NCBI RefSeq assembly: GCF_030684315.1
Contig: NC_081396.1
Coordinates: 3,038,001-3,102,000, forward strand
Source: Stegostoma tigrinum
Taxonomy: Eukaryota
DNA: 64,000 nucleotides
Direction of reading: 5' to 3'
Shown one piece after another: positions 1 to 11,949 of this stretch. How positions within the stretch are numbered: the stretch's first letter is position 1; each line of letters opens with the position of its first letter. The translations under genes and the position numbers were made by a program. A model generated the notes under the pieces. The model was not told where the DNA came from. It did not search any database and saw only the letters and a list, made by a program, of their open reading frames with translations.

Positions 1-771
1 GGGATGAAATCGTTGCTGAGGGAGTGCTGTTTGTGACAGGGGGAGCAGACAGCGACTTCAACCTTTCTCATTTCAATGGGCGATCTTTCTGCTCAGCCAG
101 TACTGGATATCAGATGGTGCATGACTGGGAGATGATGTTCATATCCACCTGCTATCTCAGTTCTTCTTGTTAGTGGAGGCTGAGGGTTTGGGACATTCCT
201 TGAATCTTTTGTAGATTTATAAAAAAGCTGTCTCATACTCACTGCCTGTTCCACTGACTTTCTCTGCTCCCATGAATGGGACAGTCTTGTTTATGTCCTG
301 AAGGGCACCAGATGCTCTAATGTCCTTCAGGGTGGAGAACCTGAAGGACATTAGAGAACCATGTGGGTTTTTCTCAAATTTAGAAGCTTTAAGGGTCACT
401 TTATCCTCGAGCCATCTCTCTCTCTCACTCCCTTTTTTTTCTGTTTTAAATCAGTTTCACAGGGTATTAGAAGGGAAGGATTTGCTGCCAAGAAACTGAC
501 ACCAAACATCCCATCAGGACCTGACACTTTCCCCGTTTAACACAACCTGAAGAGCATCAAATTTTGATCATGGAAGCAAAAGGATTCCAGACACACTGAA
601 CAGAACCTGTATGTGTCCTGTTTGTGAACAAGGGAGAAGCCAGGGAAATGTAGAGAGTGTGGGATTGGATTCATATTCCCATCTGAGCTGGAAGCACATC
701 AGCAGAGTCACACTGAGGAGGGACTGTTCAACTGCTCCACGTGTGGGAAGGGATTCAACATTTCTTGCACC

Positions 772-2154
772 ATGCTGACACACCAGCATGGTCACACTGA
801 CAAGACATCTTTTAAATGCTTGAATTGTGGGAACTACTGTAAAAGTTCAGAAGAACTGCTGTCCCACCAACATGCTCACACTGATGAGAGACCATTTAAG
901 TGCTCGGATTGTGGGAACTGCTATAAAAGTTCAGGGGAACAGCTGTCCCACCAGTGCATTCACACAGATGACAAACCATTCAGGTGCTCTCACTGCGGGA
1001 AAGGGTTTAGGTGTTCATCGAAGCTCACTGTTCACCAGCGACTTCACACCGGAGAGAGACCGTTCACCTGCCCTGAGTGTGGAAAGGGATTCACCCAGTC
1101 ATTCAGGTTGCTGAGACACCAGCGGATTCACTCTGAGGAGAAACCATTTCAGTGTCCAGACTGTGGACAGTGCTATCGAAGCTCTGAGGAACTGGTGTCC
1201 CACCAATATGTTCACACCAATGAGAGACCCTTCAGATGCTCTCTCTGTGGGACTGGGTTCAAACGAGGAACTGACCTTAATAAACACCAGCGTGTTCATA
1301 CTGGGGAGAAGCCATTCCGCTGTTCAGAGTGTGGGAAGGGTTTTATTAGATCATCCCAACTGTTGACACATCAGCAAGTTCACACTGGGGAGAAACCGTT
1401 TAAATGTACAGACTGTGGGAAATGCTGCAAAACTTCTGGTGAACTGATTTCCCATCAAATTCTTCACACTGACGAGAAGCCGTTCAAGTGCTCTCACTGT
1501 GGGTCTCATTTCAGGCGATCATTTGAACTCACTGTACATCAGCGAGTTCACACTGGGGAGAGGCCGTTCATCTGCTCTGAATGTGGGAAGGGATTCACGC
1601 AGTCATCCAAGCTGGCGAAACATCAGCGATTTCACAGGGGAGAGAAACCGTTCCGATGTTCTGAGTGTGGGATGGCATTCTCTGAGTCATCCAAGCTGGT
1701 GAAACATCAGCGATTTCACACTGGGGACAGGCCATTCAGATGTTGCGAGTGTGGGAAAGGATTCACTGACTCATCCGACCTGCAGAAACATAAGCGAATT
1801 CATACGGGGGAGAGGCCATTCACTTGTGCTAAATGTGGGAAGGGATTCATTGATAGTTCTCATCTGCTGAGACACCAGCGGGCTCACACCGATGAGAGAC
1901 CATTTCAATGCCCAGAGTGTGGGAAGTGGTATAAAAGTTCTGAGGACTTGATCCGTCATCAACGTGCGCACAGTGACGAGAGACCGTTCAGGTGCTCTCA
2001 CTGCAGCTCTGGCTTCAAGACATCGTCTGAACTTGTCAGACACAAGCGCTGTCACACTGGAGAGAGGCCGTATACTTGTTCCGAGTGTGGGAAGAGATTT
2101 ACTCAGTCAGCTAGCCTGCGGAAACATCAACGAAGTCACCAGGAACGATCGTGA
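772..2154 (+). CDS. Tandem C2H2 (Kruppel-type) zinc-finger protein, 16 complete fingers, no KRAB/SCAN/BTB domain seen
   Basis: 460-aa ORF made of CxxC-x12-HxxxH units with TGE(K/R)PF linkers. A splice acceptor (polypyrimidine tract + ttcacag) ends at 462, and AATAAA lies at 2272-2277. The frame is also open upstream to 628, adding one whole finger and the first half of the finger completed after Met772. Confidence 0.93.
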   Translation: MLTHQHGHTDKTSFKCLNCGNYCKSSEELLSHQHAHTDERPFKCSDCGNCYKSSGEQLSHQCIHTDDKPFRCSHCGKGFRCSSKLTVHQRLHTGERPFTCPECGKGFTQSFRLLRHQRIHSEEKPFQCPDCGQCYRSSEELVSHQYVHTNERPFRCSLCGTGFKRGTDLNKHQRVHTGEKPFRCSECGKGFIRSSQLLTHQQVHTGEKPFKCTDCGKCCKTSGELISHQILHTDEKPFKCSHCGSHFRRSFELTVHQRVHTGERPFICSECGKGFTQSSKLAKHQRFHRGEKPFRCSECGMAFSESSKLVKHQRFHTGDRPFRCCECGKGFTDSSDLQKHKRIHTGERPFTCAKCGKGFIDSSHLLRHQRAHTDERPFQCPECGKWYKSSEDLIRHQRAHSDERPFRCSHCSSGFKTSSELVRHKRCHTGERPYTCSECGKRFTQSASLRKHQRSHQERS

Positions 2155-2271
2155 TTAGATATTGTCGTCGATCACATCTAGGAGTGAACCCTGTTCAGTG
2201 GCTTCTGTTTTGAATAATTCTCATGAACGTTCGCCAGGTTTTACAACTTATAATATGTGTCACAGGAGTCA

Positions 2272-2277
2272 AATAAA
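2272..2277 (+). terminator. Polyadenylation signal of the zinc-finger gene
   Basis: AATAAA 118 nt after the stop codon, followed by a GT-rich tract (gtttggtgtt). Confidence 0.6.
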
Positions 2278-4230
2278 TCAGTTTGGTGTTCAACATGCAG
2301 CGTGTCAAGTCTTTAATGTATCGAATATACGTTAACGCCTTTCAGAATGCTCTTCCTCTTCCCTATCTCCTCCACCTTCACCTCCAGCACAAAATGGAGG
2401 ACCTCATGGAGTTTCCTTGTCACTAACATGGAGACAATTTCATCAGCTGCCTCTGTTACTTCCCTCTCTCCCACTAGCCCTCTGGGAGAAAAGTGCCTTC
2501 TAAAGCTTCCCTTTCCTGAGTCCTGAACATACACTTTATTCAGTTTCTCTCCCATCTCCGCATATTTTCACTTACTGCTCAACCTGTCCATGGGATCAAC
2601 CTTCTGCTGCCTCAGCCTCATTCCCAGTAAGTGGTCACATCACTTCCATACATTTGCTGATACTATTAATGGTTGTGTCTCACCAAATCTTCTCTCTCTC
2701 TCTCCCCCCTCAAATGTGTCATTAACACCTGTCAAAAACATTTCAATGCCCCTCCTACAAATTACTGCCCTGTCTGCAATGACCCTTTCCTCTCCAATGT
2801 CCTGGAATGTTTTGGCACTTCCTAAATCCCTGCTTTAGGCTCACAGAGCTCCACATTCAAAATCCTCTGATCAGATTTGTGTCCATGCTACTGTTTCGAT
2901 CCTCATCTTTGCAAAATCCTGCTCATCTTTGAGTCAAAAACATAAACCTGTCTCACGGAGTGTAATAAACACAGTACAGTCATAACACTGGCATATTCCC
3001 AAACATGTAGAAAATTTTCCAGATTTTTTTTTGAACTTACACAAAACAGGACAGTTCCAATCTGACCAGTTGCTGCTCCATTAATCAACTGTGAATTGTG
3101 AGTAAACTAATGGGAGGTGCCATGGACAGTGCTGTGAAGCTATAAGCTGTTGCAGATTCCCACTATGGGTTCGAACAGAAAAGCCTCAGATTACAGGATG
3201 ATACACCAGGACTGCTCTGAAGGGCTGAACAGTGGCAAACGGAATTTAATCCTGAAAAGTGATAGGTGATGCATTTTAAGGGGACTAAATGCAAGCGAGC
3301 ATATGATGGACATTTCATGCTGCTGGACACAAATTAGAAACTTCCACATTTGCAGCAAATGGGAAAACAACTACGGGCCTCAGACAGCGACAGGCCTGAG
3401 TTTTCAGCGCCATCATTAGTCGGGGCAACTTTCAGTGACAGGAGTGCATGGGTATCTTTTTTATAGGGGGCAATGTGCAGCAGGGCGCAAAACACTGGAA
3501 CTCAGTTGCTCACAGCATTGCGGCTGTCCCTACTCCACAGTGTTCGTCACAAGTCCAAGAGACAATTCACTACCACATTCTTCAGGTCCTCGGGCACCAA
3601 GCAGCATTATGGGCCATCCCTCACACTGGATCACTGGAATGGTCACTGGTCCTGAAACATTAACTCTGATGTCTCTCCAAAGATGCTGCCAGATTTTCGA
3701 ACAATTTCTGTTTTTATTTCTGATTCCAGCATCCGCATTTCTTTTGGTGCTCATCTGAAAAAGATGAAAAAAAAAATTCTTCCCCTCTGCGCAAAATTCC
3801 AATGGTGCACTAAATTTTCAGCATTACAGACTGTCCCTCACTATGAATGTGCCTTGTCCCAACCACTTTGTGAAACGGACTGATCGCCCCACTCAGTGAC
3901 AAACTCAATGAGTTCCTCGCACTTGTTGGAGGTGAGGATGGAGGAGATAGGGGAGACGAACAGGCTGTCAAAATAATTGTGTCTCCTTTAGCAATAAGAT
4001 AAAGACTGAATGCACAATAGTTTAACAAGAAACTGATTGATTGCACGAGGAATGAAGCAGGGTTTATCAAGCTTTAATAAAATAATTGTGATGGGGGAAA
4101 TCTCCAGTCAGGGGCACAGGCAGGAGATTCAGATAGTATGTTGCCTTTCTGGTGTGAGAGTCAAGGACCTTTCAAAATAATGAAGCATCCTCATTTCTTT
4201 CTATTTTCATTCCAACTCATGAACCCCATG

Positions 4231-4275
4231 ACACACACACACACACACACACACACAGCCACACACTCACACACA
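4231..4275. repeat. (CA)n microsatellite, interrupted
   Basis: Direct reading. Confidence 0.9.
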
Positions 4276-4744
4276 AAGGGGAGAATGAGAAGTCAGAAGT
4301 TGTTGTACACATTGATAAGAATGGCACTGTTATAGAAAGAGTCGAGTCAAGGCTTTGCAGAGTAAATAAGGGAGGTTAGGTAGAAGGTTAAAAAGCAGCG
4401 CTTCAAAGGTACTCCTAAAATCTCTGGTTTACTCCCAGTACCACATTGTAGTGAGAGTAAGAAATAAAACTTTAGGGCAGATAAATTAATGGCTGAAGGG
4501 ATGGTGCAATATGCAAGGATTCAGATTTTTGGATTATTGGGATCGCTTCTGTTCAAAAAGGGGTCAATTTCACCTGAACTGAAGCTAGTATTATTTTGGG
4601 AGCATGTAAACTAGTAGCACGGAGGTGTGTGTGTGTTGGGGTTCATAAGTTGCAATGAAAATAGAAAGAGAAATGAGGATGATTCTGAATCAAAAAAAGA
4701 GCAAGTTATTTAAAAAGGCACAGAACAGCAAGTCAGAGAATGGA

Positions 4745-4851
4745 AAAAGAAAACAAAGTTACTGCAAAAGCTCAGCAGGTCTGGCAGCATCTGTGGAGGA
4801 GAAAACAGAGTTAACGTTTCGGGGCCAGTGACACTTCCTCAGAATTTCCTC
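4745..4851 (-). mobile_element. Penelope-tail short insertion (hammerhead family B, stem II degraded)
   Basis: 14-bp TSD agtcagagaatgga at 4731-4744 and 4852-4865. Minus strand reads CTGAGGA...GAAACGTTAAC. Confidence 0.7.
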
Positions 4852-5009
4852 AGTCAGAGAATGGAGTATCTCTGAAGAATTAAACTGCATTTATTTAAAT
4901 GTGAGGGGTCTTACAGGTAACACTGACGTACTGAGGGTATGTATGGGAATGTGGAATTAGGATGAAATAGCTATTTTAGAAACTTGGCTGAGGGAAGGAC
5001 AGGACTGAC

Positions 5010-5395
5010 ATTGTTGACTTGCTTGCTGAGTTGGCTTGTTTTCATTCAGATGTTTCATCACCATGCTAGGTAACATCACTAGTGAGGCCTCCGATGAAGC
5101 AATGTTATTCTACTCCGCAGGAATTTTTACCCTGTGGCTCATTATTGTGAGTAGTGTCGTTTTGGGTTTTGATCTGTATGGGTTTGTACATGAGGTCTAA
5201 TTCTATGTGTTTGTGGATGCATTGCAGGTAGAGAACAATGTCTCCAGCAATTCCCCATGCATGTCTATGTTTGGCTTAGGCTATTATAGTTATATTGTCC
5301 CAATTCAATTGATGGCCTTCATTCTCCAAGTGTACTGATATTCAGTAAAGTTTGTCATGTCATTTTGCTGCTAGCTGATGCAGTATTGTAGTACA
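5010..5395 (-). mobile_element. Penelope-like element 3' fragment (degenerate GIY-YIG C-terminus)
   Basis: Minus strand gives degenerate AKHRHAW-ELLE...KHIELDL motifs typical of PLE endonuclease ends. Confidence 0.5.
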
Positions 5396-5905
5396 GACAG
5401 ATCTCAAGATTCGGGTATATAAATCTTTGAAAATATGCGTCACAGAACATTGGTGAGGTGTCTTCTAGAAAAATGTGTAGAGTTCTGGTCACCCTGCTGT
5501 AGGAAGGATATGATTAATTTGGAGAGGCTCAGAAAAGACTTGCCAAGATGTTGACAGGAATGGAGGGCTTGAGTTATAAAAACAGGGTGGGGCTTCTTTC
5601 ACACGAGTGTAGGAAGTTGAGGGGTGACATTAGATGTTTATAAAATCATGAGGAGCACGGACAAGCTGAGTAGCAAGGATCTTTTTATTTGGGCGGGGGG
5701 GTGGAATTCAAAACAAGGGAGCATATTTTTGAAATGATAGCAGAAAGATTTTTTAAAAAGGACATGAGAGGCAACTTTTTCTTTAAAACAGAGTGGTTTG
5801 CATGAGGAATGAACTGCGAGAGGAAGTTGAGAGTGCAGGTACACTTACTACAGTTAAAAGACATTTGGCTGAATACTTGAATAGGAAACGTTTGGAGGGA
5901 TATGG

Positions 5906-7672
5906 AGGAAGGAAACTCACTTAAGATTGAGGAAGCACAGATCAGACTGGGCTCTACAGGTCTACAAAGTAGCCAGGAAAGAACTGAAGAATGGACTTAG
6001 GAGAAATAGAAGGGGGTATGAAAAAGCCTTAGTGGGTAGAATCAAGGTGTCCTTTCCTTATGTGAGGAACAAGAGAATGGCCAGAATGAGTGTAGGGCCA
6101 ATCAGGGATAATGGAGGGAACTTGTGCACGGAGTAAGAGATGGTAGGGGAGGGCCTTAATGAATACAGTATTCACCAGTAAGAGGGACCTTGCCATTTGT
6201 GAGGATAGCATGAAACAGATATGCTCAAACAAGTTGATGTTAGGAAGGAGGGTGTGCTAGAAATTTCGAAAAACATGAGGACAGATAAGTTCCCTGGGTC
6301 GGACCTGATTTACCCAAGGCTACTATGGGATGCAAGTGATGAGACTGCTGTCACTTCGGCGATGATCTTTGCATCCTCACTGTCCACTGGAATAGTATCA
6401 GATGACTGGAGGGTAGCAAATGTCATTCCCTTGTTCAAGAAAGGGAATAGGGATAATCCTGGGAATTACAGGCAGGTCAGTCTTACTTTTGTGGTGAGAA
6501 AATTATTGGAGAGGATTCTGAGAGATAGTATTTATGATTATTTGGAAAAGCGCAGTTTGATTAGAAATAGTCAACATGGCTTTGTGAGGCGCAGGTCATG
6601 CCTCACAAGCCTTACTGAATTCTTTAAGGATGTGACAAAACACATTGATGAAGGCAGGGGAGAGGATGTGGTGCGTATGGATGTTAGCAAGGCATTTGGT
6701 AAGGTTCCACATGGTAGGCTCATTCAGAAAGTAAGGAGGCAGGGGATTCAGGGAAATTTGGCTGTCTGGATACAAAACTGGCTGTCCAATAGAAGACACA
6801 GGGTGGTAGTAGATGGAAAGTATTCAGCCTGGAGCTCAGTGAACAGTGGTGTTCTGCAGGGATCTGTTCTGGGACCTCTGCTGTTTGTGATCTTGAGAAA
6901 TGACTTGGATGAGGAAGTGGAAGGGTGGGTTTATCAGTTTGCCAATGACACGAAGGTTGGTAGAGTTGTGGACAGCATGGAGAGCTGCTGTAGGTTGCAT
7001 CGGGTCATTGACAGGACGCAGAGCTGGGCAAAGAAATGGCAGATGGAATTCAACCCAGAAATCTGTGAAGTGATTCATTTTGGAAGGTCGAATTTGAATG
7101 CAGAATACAGAAATAATGGCAAGATTCTTGGCAGTGAGGAGGAACAGATGGATCTTGGGGTCCACATCCACAGATCCCTCAAAGTTGCTCCCCAAGTTGA
7201 TAGGGTGGTAAAGAAGGTGTGTGGTGTGTTGGTTTTCATCGGCAGGGGAATTGAGTTTAAGAGCCCTGAGGTTATGCTGCAGCTTTTTTCATTGGAAAGA
7301 AGAAGGATGAGAGGTGACTTGACAGAGGTGTACAAGATGATGAGCGCCATAGGGAGAATGGATAGCCAGAGACTTTTTACCAGGGCGGAAATGACTAAGA
7401 CAAGGGGACGTAATTTTAAGATGATTGGAGGAAGGTATATAGGAGATGTCAGAGATAGGTTCTTTATACAGATGGGTGTGTGGAATGTACTGCTGGCAGG
7501 GGTAGTGAATTCAAATACTTTAGAGATTTTTAAGCGACTCTTGGATAGGCACATGGATGATAGTATAATGTCTGGTTTGCAGGGTGGTTTGATCTTCGTA
7601 GATAATAGGTTGGCACAACATCATGGGCCAAAGGGCCTGTATTGTGCTGTACTGTTCTATGTTCTATGTTCT
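5906..7672 (+). mobile_element. 5'-truncated CR1-clade LINE, RT ORF 6221-7714, non-functional
   Basis: DWRVANVIPLFKKG, NYRQVSLT, QHGF, SKAFGKVPH, GVLQGSVLGP motifs. Catalytic FADD reads FAND (6938-6949). 3' tail (gttctat)n. Nested in an older CR1. Confidence 0.92.
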
Positions 7673-8542
7673 AAAGTAACTAATTTGGTTTGGGAACAGA
7701 GTTGCCTGGGCTAGTTAGACCGAAAAGTTTGTTTCCATGCTGTATGACTATAACTCAATCAGGGGAAGAGGCAGGAATGAAGGAGAGGCATTTTATAGAC
7801 CTGCGACTCAACCCTGTTCCTGTTTTCTCCCCATCCCCTTCAATTCCTCCTACGATTTGACCTCCCATTTCCTGAACTTAATCTGACATGTCCCAGCTGA
7901 CACTTCAGTTCCCATCCCACTGCCATACTAGTTTAAAACTCACCAATGGGGCTGGCAAAAGCCTTGACGAGAACATTTTGTCTTGGCTCCGCCTGGAGCA
8001 ACCAGATGACTTACACAGGTTCCACCTTCCTCAGAAACTGTCCGAATGCTTCAAGATTCTAAACCCTTCTCTTATTTACCATTTCTCCAAACACGCATTC
8101 ATCTTTATCCTCTCAGGCCGATATGTCCTTCCTCAGCTGTAGACCCCAGAGCTGAACACATATACCGGGGGTGATCTAGCCACAAATTTAAACATTGCAC
8201 TGCTTTTTGAGTTTCAAACATAGCAAAATTATTTTTCCTCCAGATGCAACCTTTTTCCTTCCATCGTTAAATGCCAACAATATTCTGATCCCAGTGACTC
8301 CTCTGACTCTCAGAACTTGTTTTGAGTTTCCAGTATGCAAATTCTTCTCAATTTACATCCTGTAAAATGAATTCACAAAAGAGAGAAAAATCACTCTCAG
8401 TCCCCGTTCAGAAATCTAGAGAAGACAAATATTTTTCTTGGTTTCAGTTTGCAGTGTAAATGCTCCTCTTCAAATCGTCCTGCCCCCACTGAGGAACAAG
8501 CATGGGAATAAACGCTGTTGCAAATTGCCCCCAATAAAGATT

Positions 8543-8856
8543 ACAGTGGCTCAGTGATTAGCACTGCTGCCTCACAGCACAAGGGACCCTGGTTCGATTC
8601 CAACCTTGGACGACTGTCTGTGTGGAGTTTGCACCTTCCCCCCGTGTCTGCATGAGTTTCCTCCGGGTGCTCCGGTTTCCTCCCACAGTCCAAAAATATG
8701 CAGGCTAGGTGGATTGGCCATGCTAAATTGCCCAGCATGTTCAGGGTGTTTCGGTTACGTGGGTTGTAGGGGGATGCATCTAGATTGGATGCTCTGAGGG
8801 TCAGTATGAATTTGTTGGGCCGAAGGAAATGTTTCCGCACGGTAGGGATTCTATGA
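8543..8856 (+). mobile_element. tRNA-derived V-SINE (shark HE1-like)
   Basis: A box gtggctcagtga, B box ggttcgattcc, central V-domain tgtgtggagtttgca...ctccggtttcctcccacagtccaaa, CR1-like 3' tail. Confidence 0.88.
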
Positions 8857-9211
8857 AATTAACTGAGTGGTCTATGACATTCTCTGTATTGCAGATGCTC
8901 CACAATGACTCCACCCACAGCTCCAACTCCAAAAAGGTTATCAAGTAGTTGCAGATGGACACACGTCTTGCACACGTGGCCATTGGAAGTGTCCCTTATT
9001 TCCCACATTGTGCAAGATGTGGATATTACCGTGCCAGGGATATGAGGTCTCCCGTCATGTCTTCTCTCAAGAATATCCTAGTTACTCCATTGAAGAGAAT
9101 GTAATTGATCTAGGGATTTTCCCTCATTTCAAGCATAATTGAAAGCTCCTGGAGGTACTTGAACTGAATATTACACTTTCAAATTCTTGAAGAAAATTAC
9201 CTGCAGGGGAG

Positions 9212-9279
9212 AATTTGCAAACTCCACACAGACAGTCACCCGAGGGTGGAATTGAACCCGGGTGCCTGGCGCTGTGAGG
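9212..9279 (-). mobile_element. HE1-like SINE 5' fragment
   Basis: Reverse complement of cctcacagcgccagg...ggttcaattcc...ctgtgtggagtttgca. Confidence 0.7.
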
Positions 9280-9660
9280 CCGCTCTCGCTAAGCCCGCTG
9301 TCTTTATCCATTCCTACACCTTGCTATCTCAGCACCTCACTGGCGGCGTTATTTATCACGTGCTGTCGTTCCCCCTCCCCGCCCCTCATTCATTCTCATT
9401 GGTCGGAGGACCATCGTTACCGTTTAGTCCTCCCGCCCCGCCTCCCCCACTCCTATTGGTCAGCGAGCTGCCGTCAATCAGCCTGGCCCCCCAACGTGAC
9501 GTCGGCGGCGGGATCCTCCCTCTGACCTGGGGTGAGCTTCATCGTTCACAGCAATTGGTACAAATTCACAATCACGGTCGCCGGTGGCCATTCAGCACGT
9601 TGGAGCTGTATTCTCGCTGTGGAAATGCTGCAAATCGCTCCGAACTCCCCAGTCCTTTGT
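9280..9660 (+). promoter_or_regulatory. CpG-rich TATA-less promoter candidate with possible short first exon
   Basis: E-box CACGTG 9357-9362; GC boxes 9377-9385 and 9432-9439; ATTGG (CCAAT) 9398-9402 and 9455-9459; CRE-like TGACGTCG 9497-9504; donor-like GG|GTGAG at 9532. CpG density is high in an otherwise CpG-poor window. Confidence 0.6.
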
Positions 9661-9871
9661 CTGGACCTCCGAATCTTTCCTGATAAAAAAATAGATTGAG
9701 ATTAATGCTGAAACTGCATCCAGCTGCCGTTCAAACTGTTCCAGATGCTCAGAAATTGCTGAGTGAAATAATCTTCATATTTTCGCCTTTCATTCTGTGC
9801 CAATTACCTGAAAGTGTGACCAAAAATTGTGACAATTAGTTTCTCCAAATTAAGTACAACTTCACAAGCAT

Positions 9872-10085
9872 TCGATCTCTGCAACCTCCTCAAGTCCCCA
9901 CAATTCTCCTGACCTCTAATCTCCTACCGCGCCACAAACATCCCGATCTCTGTAAAATCCTCCAGCCTCACAATCCTTCCTATCTCTGTAATCCCCTCCA
10001 GCCTCACAAATTTCCCATCCCCATACTCTTGTCTGGCCTCATAAATCTGATGAATCTCTAATACCTTCCAACATCATAAATCTCT
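9872..10085. repeat. Degenerate ~36-bp minisatellite (atctctgtaatcctccagcctcacaa-like)
   Basis: About six decayed copies visible. Confidence 0.6.
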
Positions 10086-10742
10086 GAATAAAACAGAACA
10101 CCCTTATTGTCACATGTACTTCTTTGTAGAAGCGAAAATCTTCAACAATGTGTGACACTATCTTAGGTACAACTGCTCTCAGTAAAAATCTTGGATACAA
10201 AAGAGGAATTTTTTAAAAAGGTTGCATTTCTTTACAGAGTTTAAAACGCAAGTTGGAAATAAGACATTGTAAAAAAAAGTGACATTACAATTAGGTGAAA
10301 TTTCCAAATAAACATGACATTGCATCAGCTCAATGCAGAATCACTGCATGTGGCCTGACTGTCTAGACCAACAGCTGTCCCCCCCTCCACTCAAGCCTCC
10401 AGTCTGCTCGATGCCAACACCCAACTGCTCCAAGGTCAGTTGCAGGACTGCCTCCCCTGCACCGGTTTCTGCTGGGGACTTGCTGCCCATGCACTACACT
10501 GGGATTCACAGCATACGCACTACTCCAAGACTCGCTGCCTGCGTTTCTCTGTGACTTGCTCCCGGCCCCTTCTGCTGATCCAGAATTTGCCGCTGGGGCT
10601 AAGGGGAGGGAAAATGAGAGAGAGAGAAAAAAAGAAAAATAGACAACAGGCAGCGCAGAGGAGCTCCGGCAGGAGTGTCTTACTCTGTTGCCAATCTGCT
10701 AAAAATTGGAAAGGCATGTGACAACTTTTGAGTGAACGCCAT

Positions 10743-11580
10743 CTACAAGTTTGCTGATAACACCACTGTGGTAGAACCGATATCAAAAAAAAACGATGAT
10801 TCAGAATAAAGAAAGGAGATACAGGGCTTGGTGAAGTCGTGCAATGACAAAAAGAACCTCCCTCTCAATGATGGCAAACTAAAGAACTGATCACTGACTT
10901 CAGAAAGAAAGGTGGAGAACACGACCCCACGGACATCAAAGGAGCAAAGATTGAGAGATTTGAGAGCATCAAGTTCATGCAATTGACTATAACTGACAAA
11001 CTGTCCTGGACTTCTAACGTAGAGCTAAAATAGTCGAGAAGACACAACAACACCGTGTTCTTTCTCAGGCAGTTCAGCAAGTCTGGCATGTCTATAAGGA
11101 CCCTCACTATCTTTTACAGATGCACCACAGAAATCATATTGTCTGGGTGCATAACGACCTGGTATGACAACTGCTGTGCCGAGGACCATTACAAACTACA
11201 GAAGGTTGTGTGCACAGCCCGTGGAAGCCAACTTTCCATTCCATCTCATTGCCATGGAAAGGCCCATCCCATAATGCTCTCTTACAGCCTCAGGCAACAA
11301 GATACAGAAGCTTGAAGACACACATACACACCAGCAGGTTCCGTTTCTTCCCTGCCATTATCACAAGGATGAATGAACTTTCGAACTTCAAATTATACTG
11401 ACATTGTTAATGTTGATTTTTGCATCACACGTGTCCCGAGCGGTCTAACCTGTATGCCTTACACTGTCCAATTCCTATACTCTGCATATCCTTGCTCACG
11501 GTGATGTGCCCGTGTGCTCACAAACACAGCTATTCACTGCACTTAAGTACACGTGACAATAAATCAAATCAATCAACCAA
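10743..11580 (+). mobile_element. Rex1/Babar-like LINE 3' fragment
   Basis: KFADNTTVV, KELITDFRK, LTIFYRCTTEIILSGCITTWY motifs; (aatc)n tail. Confidence 0.7.
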
Positions 11581-11949
11581 TCAATCTCGGGTCCACAATA
11601 TGGGGCAACTTGTGGGTCCCTCCTGGCACATGTGCACTGGGAATGGCCACAAGCTTTGGAGCGGGTGCAGTAGATCAGCACCAGGAGAGAAGATGACTTA
11701 GGAAAGTTTTATTGGAAACAGATTTTACTGTCTTTGAGCGATAACTAACTCATTCAAAACCAGCAGTTTTTCCTTCTTCCCAGCGTTGTTGCAGCAAGTT
11801 GAATTACATTGATACAGCCTCATTCACTCCCTCTGCGATCCCCTACAGAACTACAGCAATAGCTGTAAAAAACAATTGAAAGACTTTTTTTTAACATAAC
11901 AAAATACATTAAGCAGTTTCACAGGAATATAAGTCTACGTTAAATCACA

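Larger units (their letters stand above)
4340..5905 (+). mobile_element. Old fragmented CR1 LINE (ORF1 esterase-like remnant, APE endonuclease N-terminus, 3' RT tail). Its 3' end resumes at 7673-7756
   Basis: Degenerate ISGLLPVP / GFRFLDYWD (ORF1) and CIYLNVRGL...ETWLREGQD (APE) motifs. CR1 3' sequence at 5440-5905. Interrupted by Penelope-derived pieces. Confidence 0.65.

Noticed and set aside
8543-8620. tRNA gene
   Set aside because: The A/B boxes belong to a SINE head; no complete cloverleaf.
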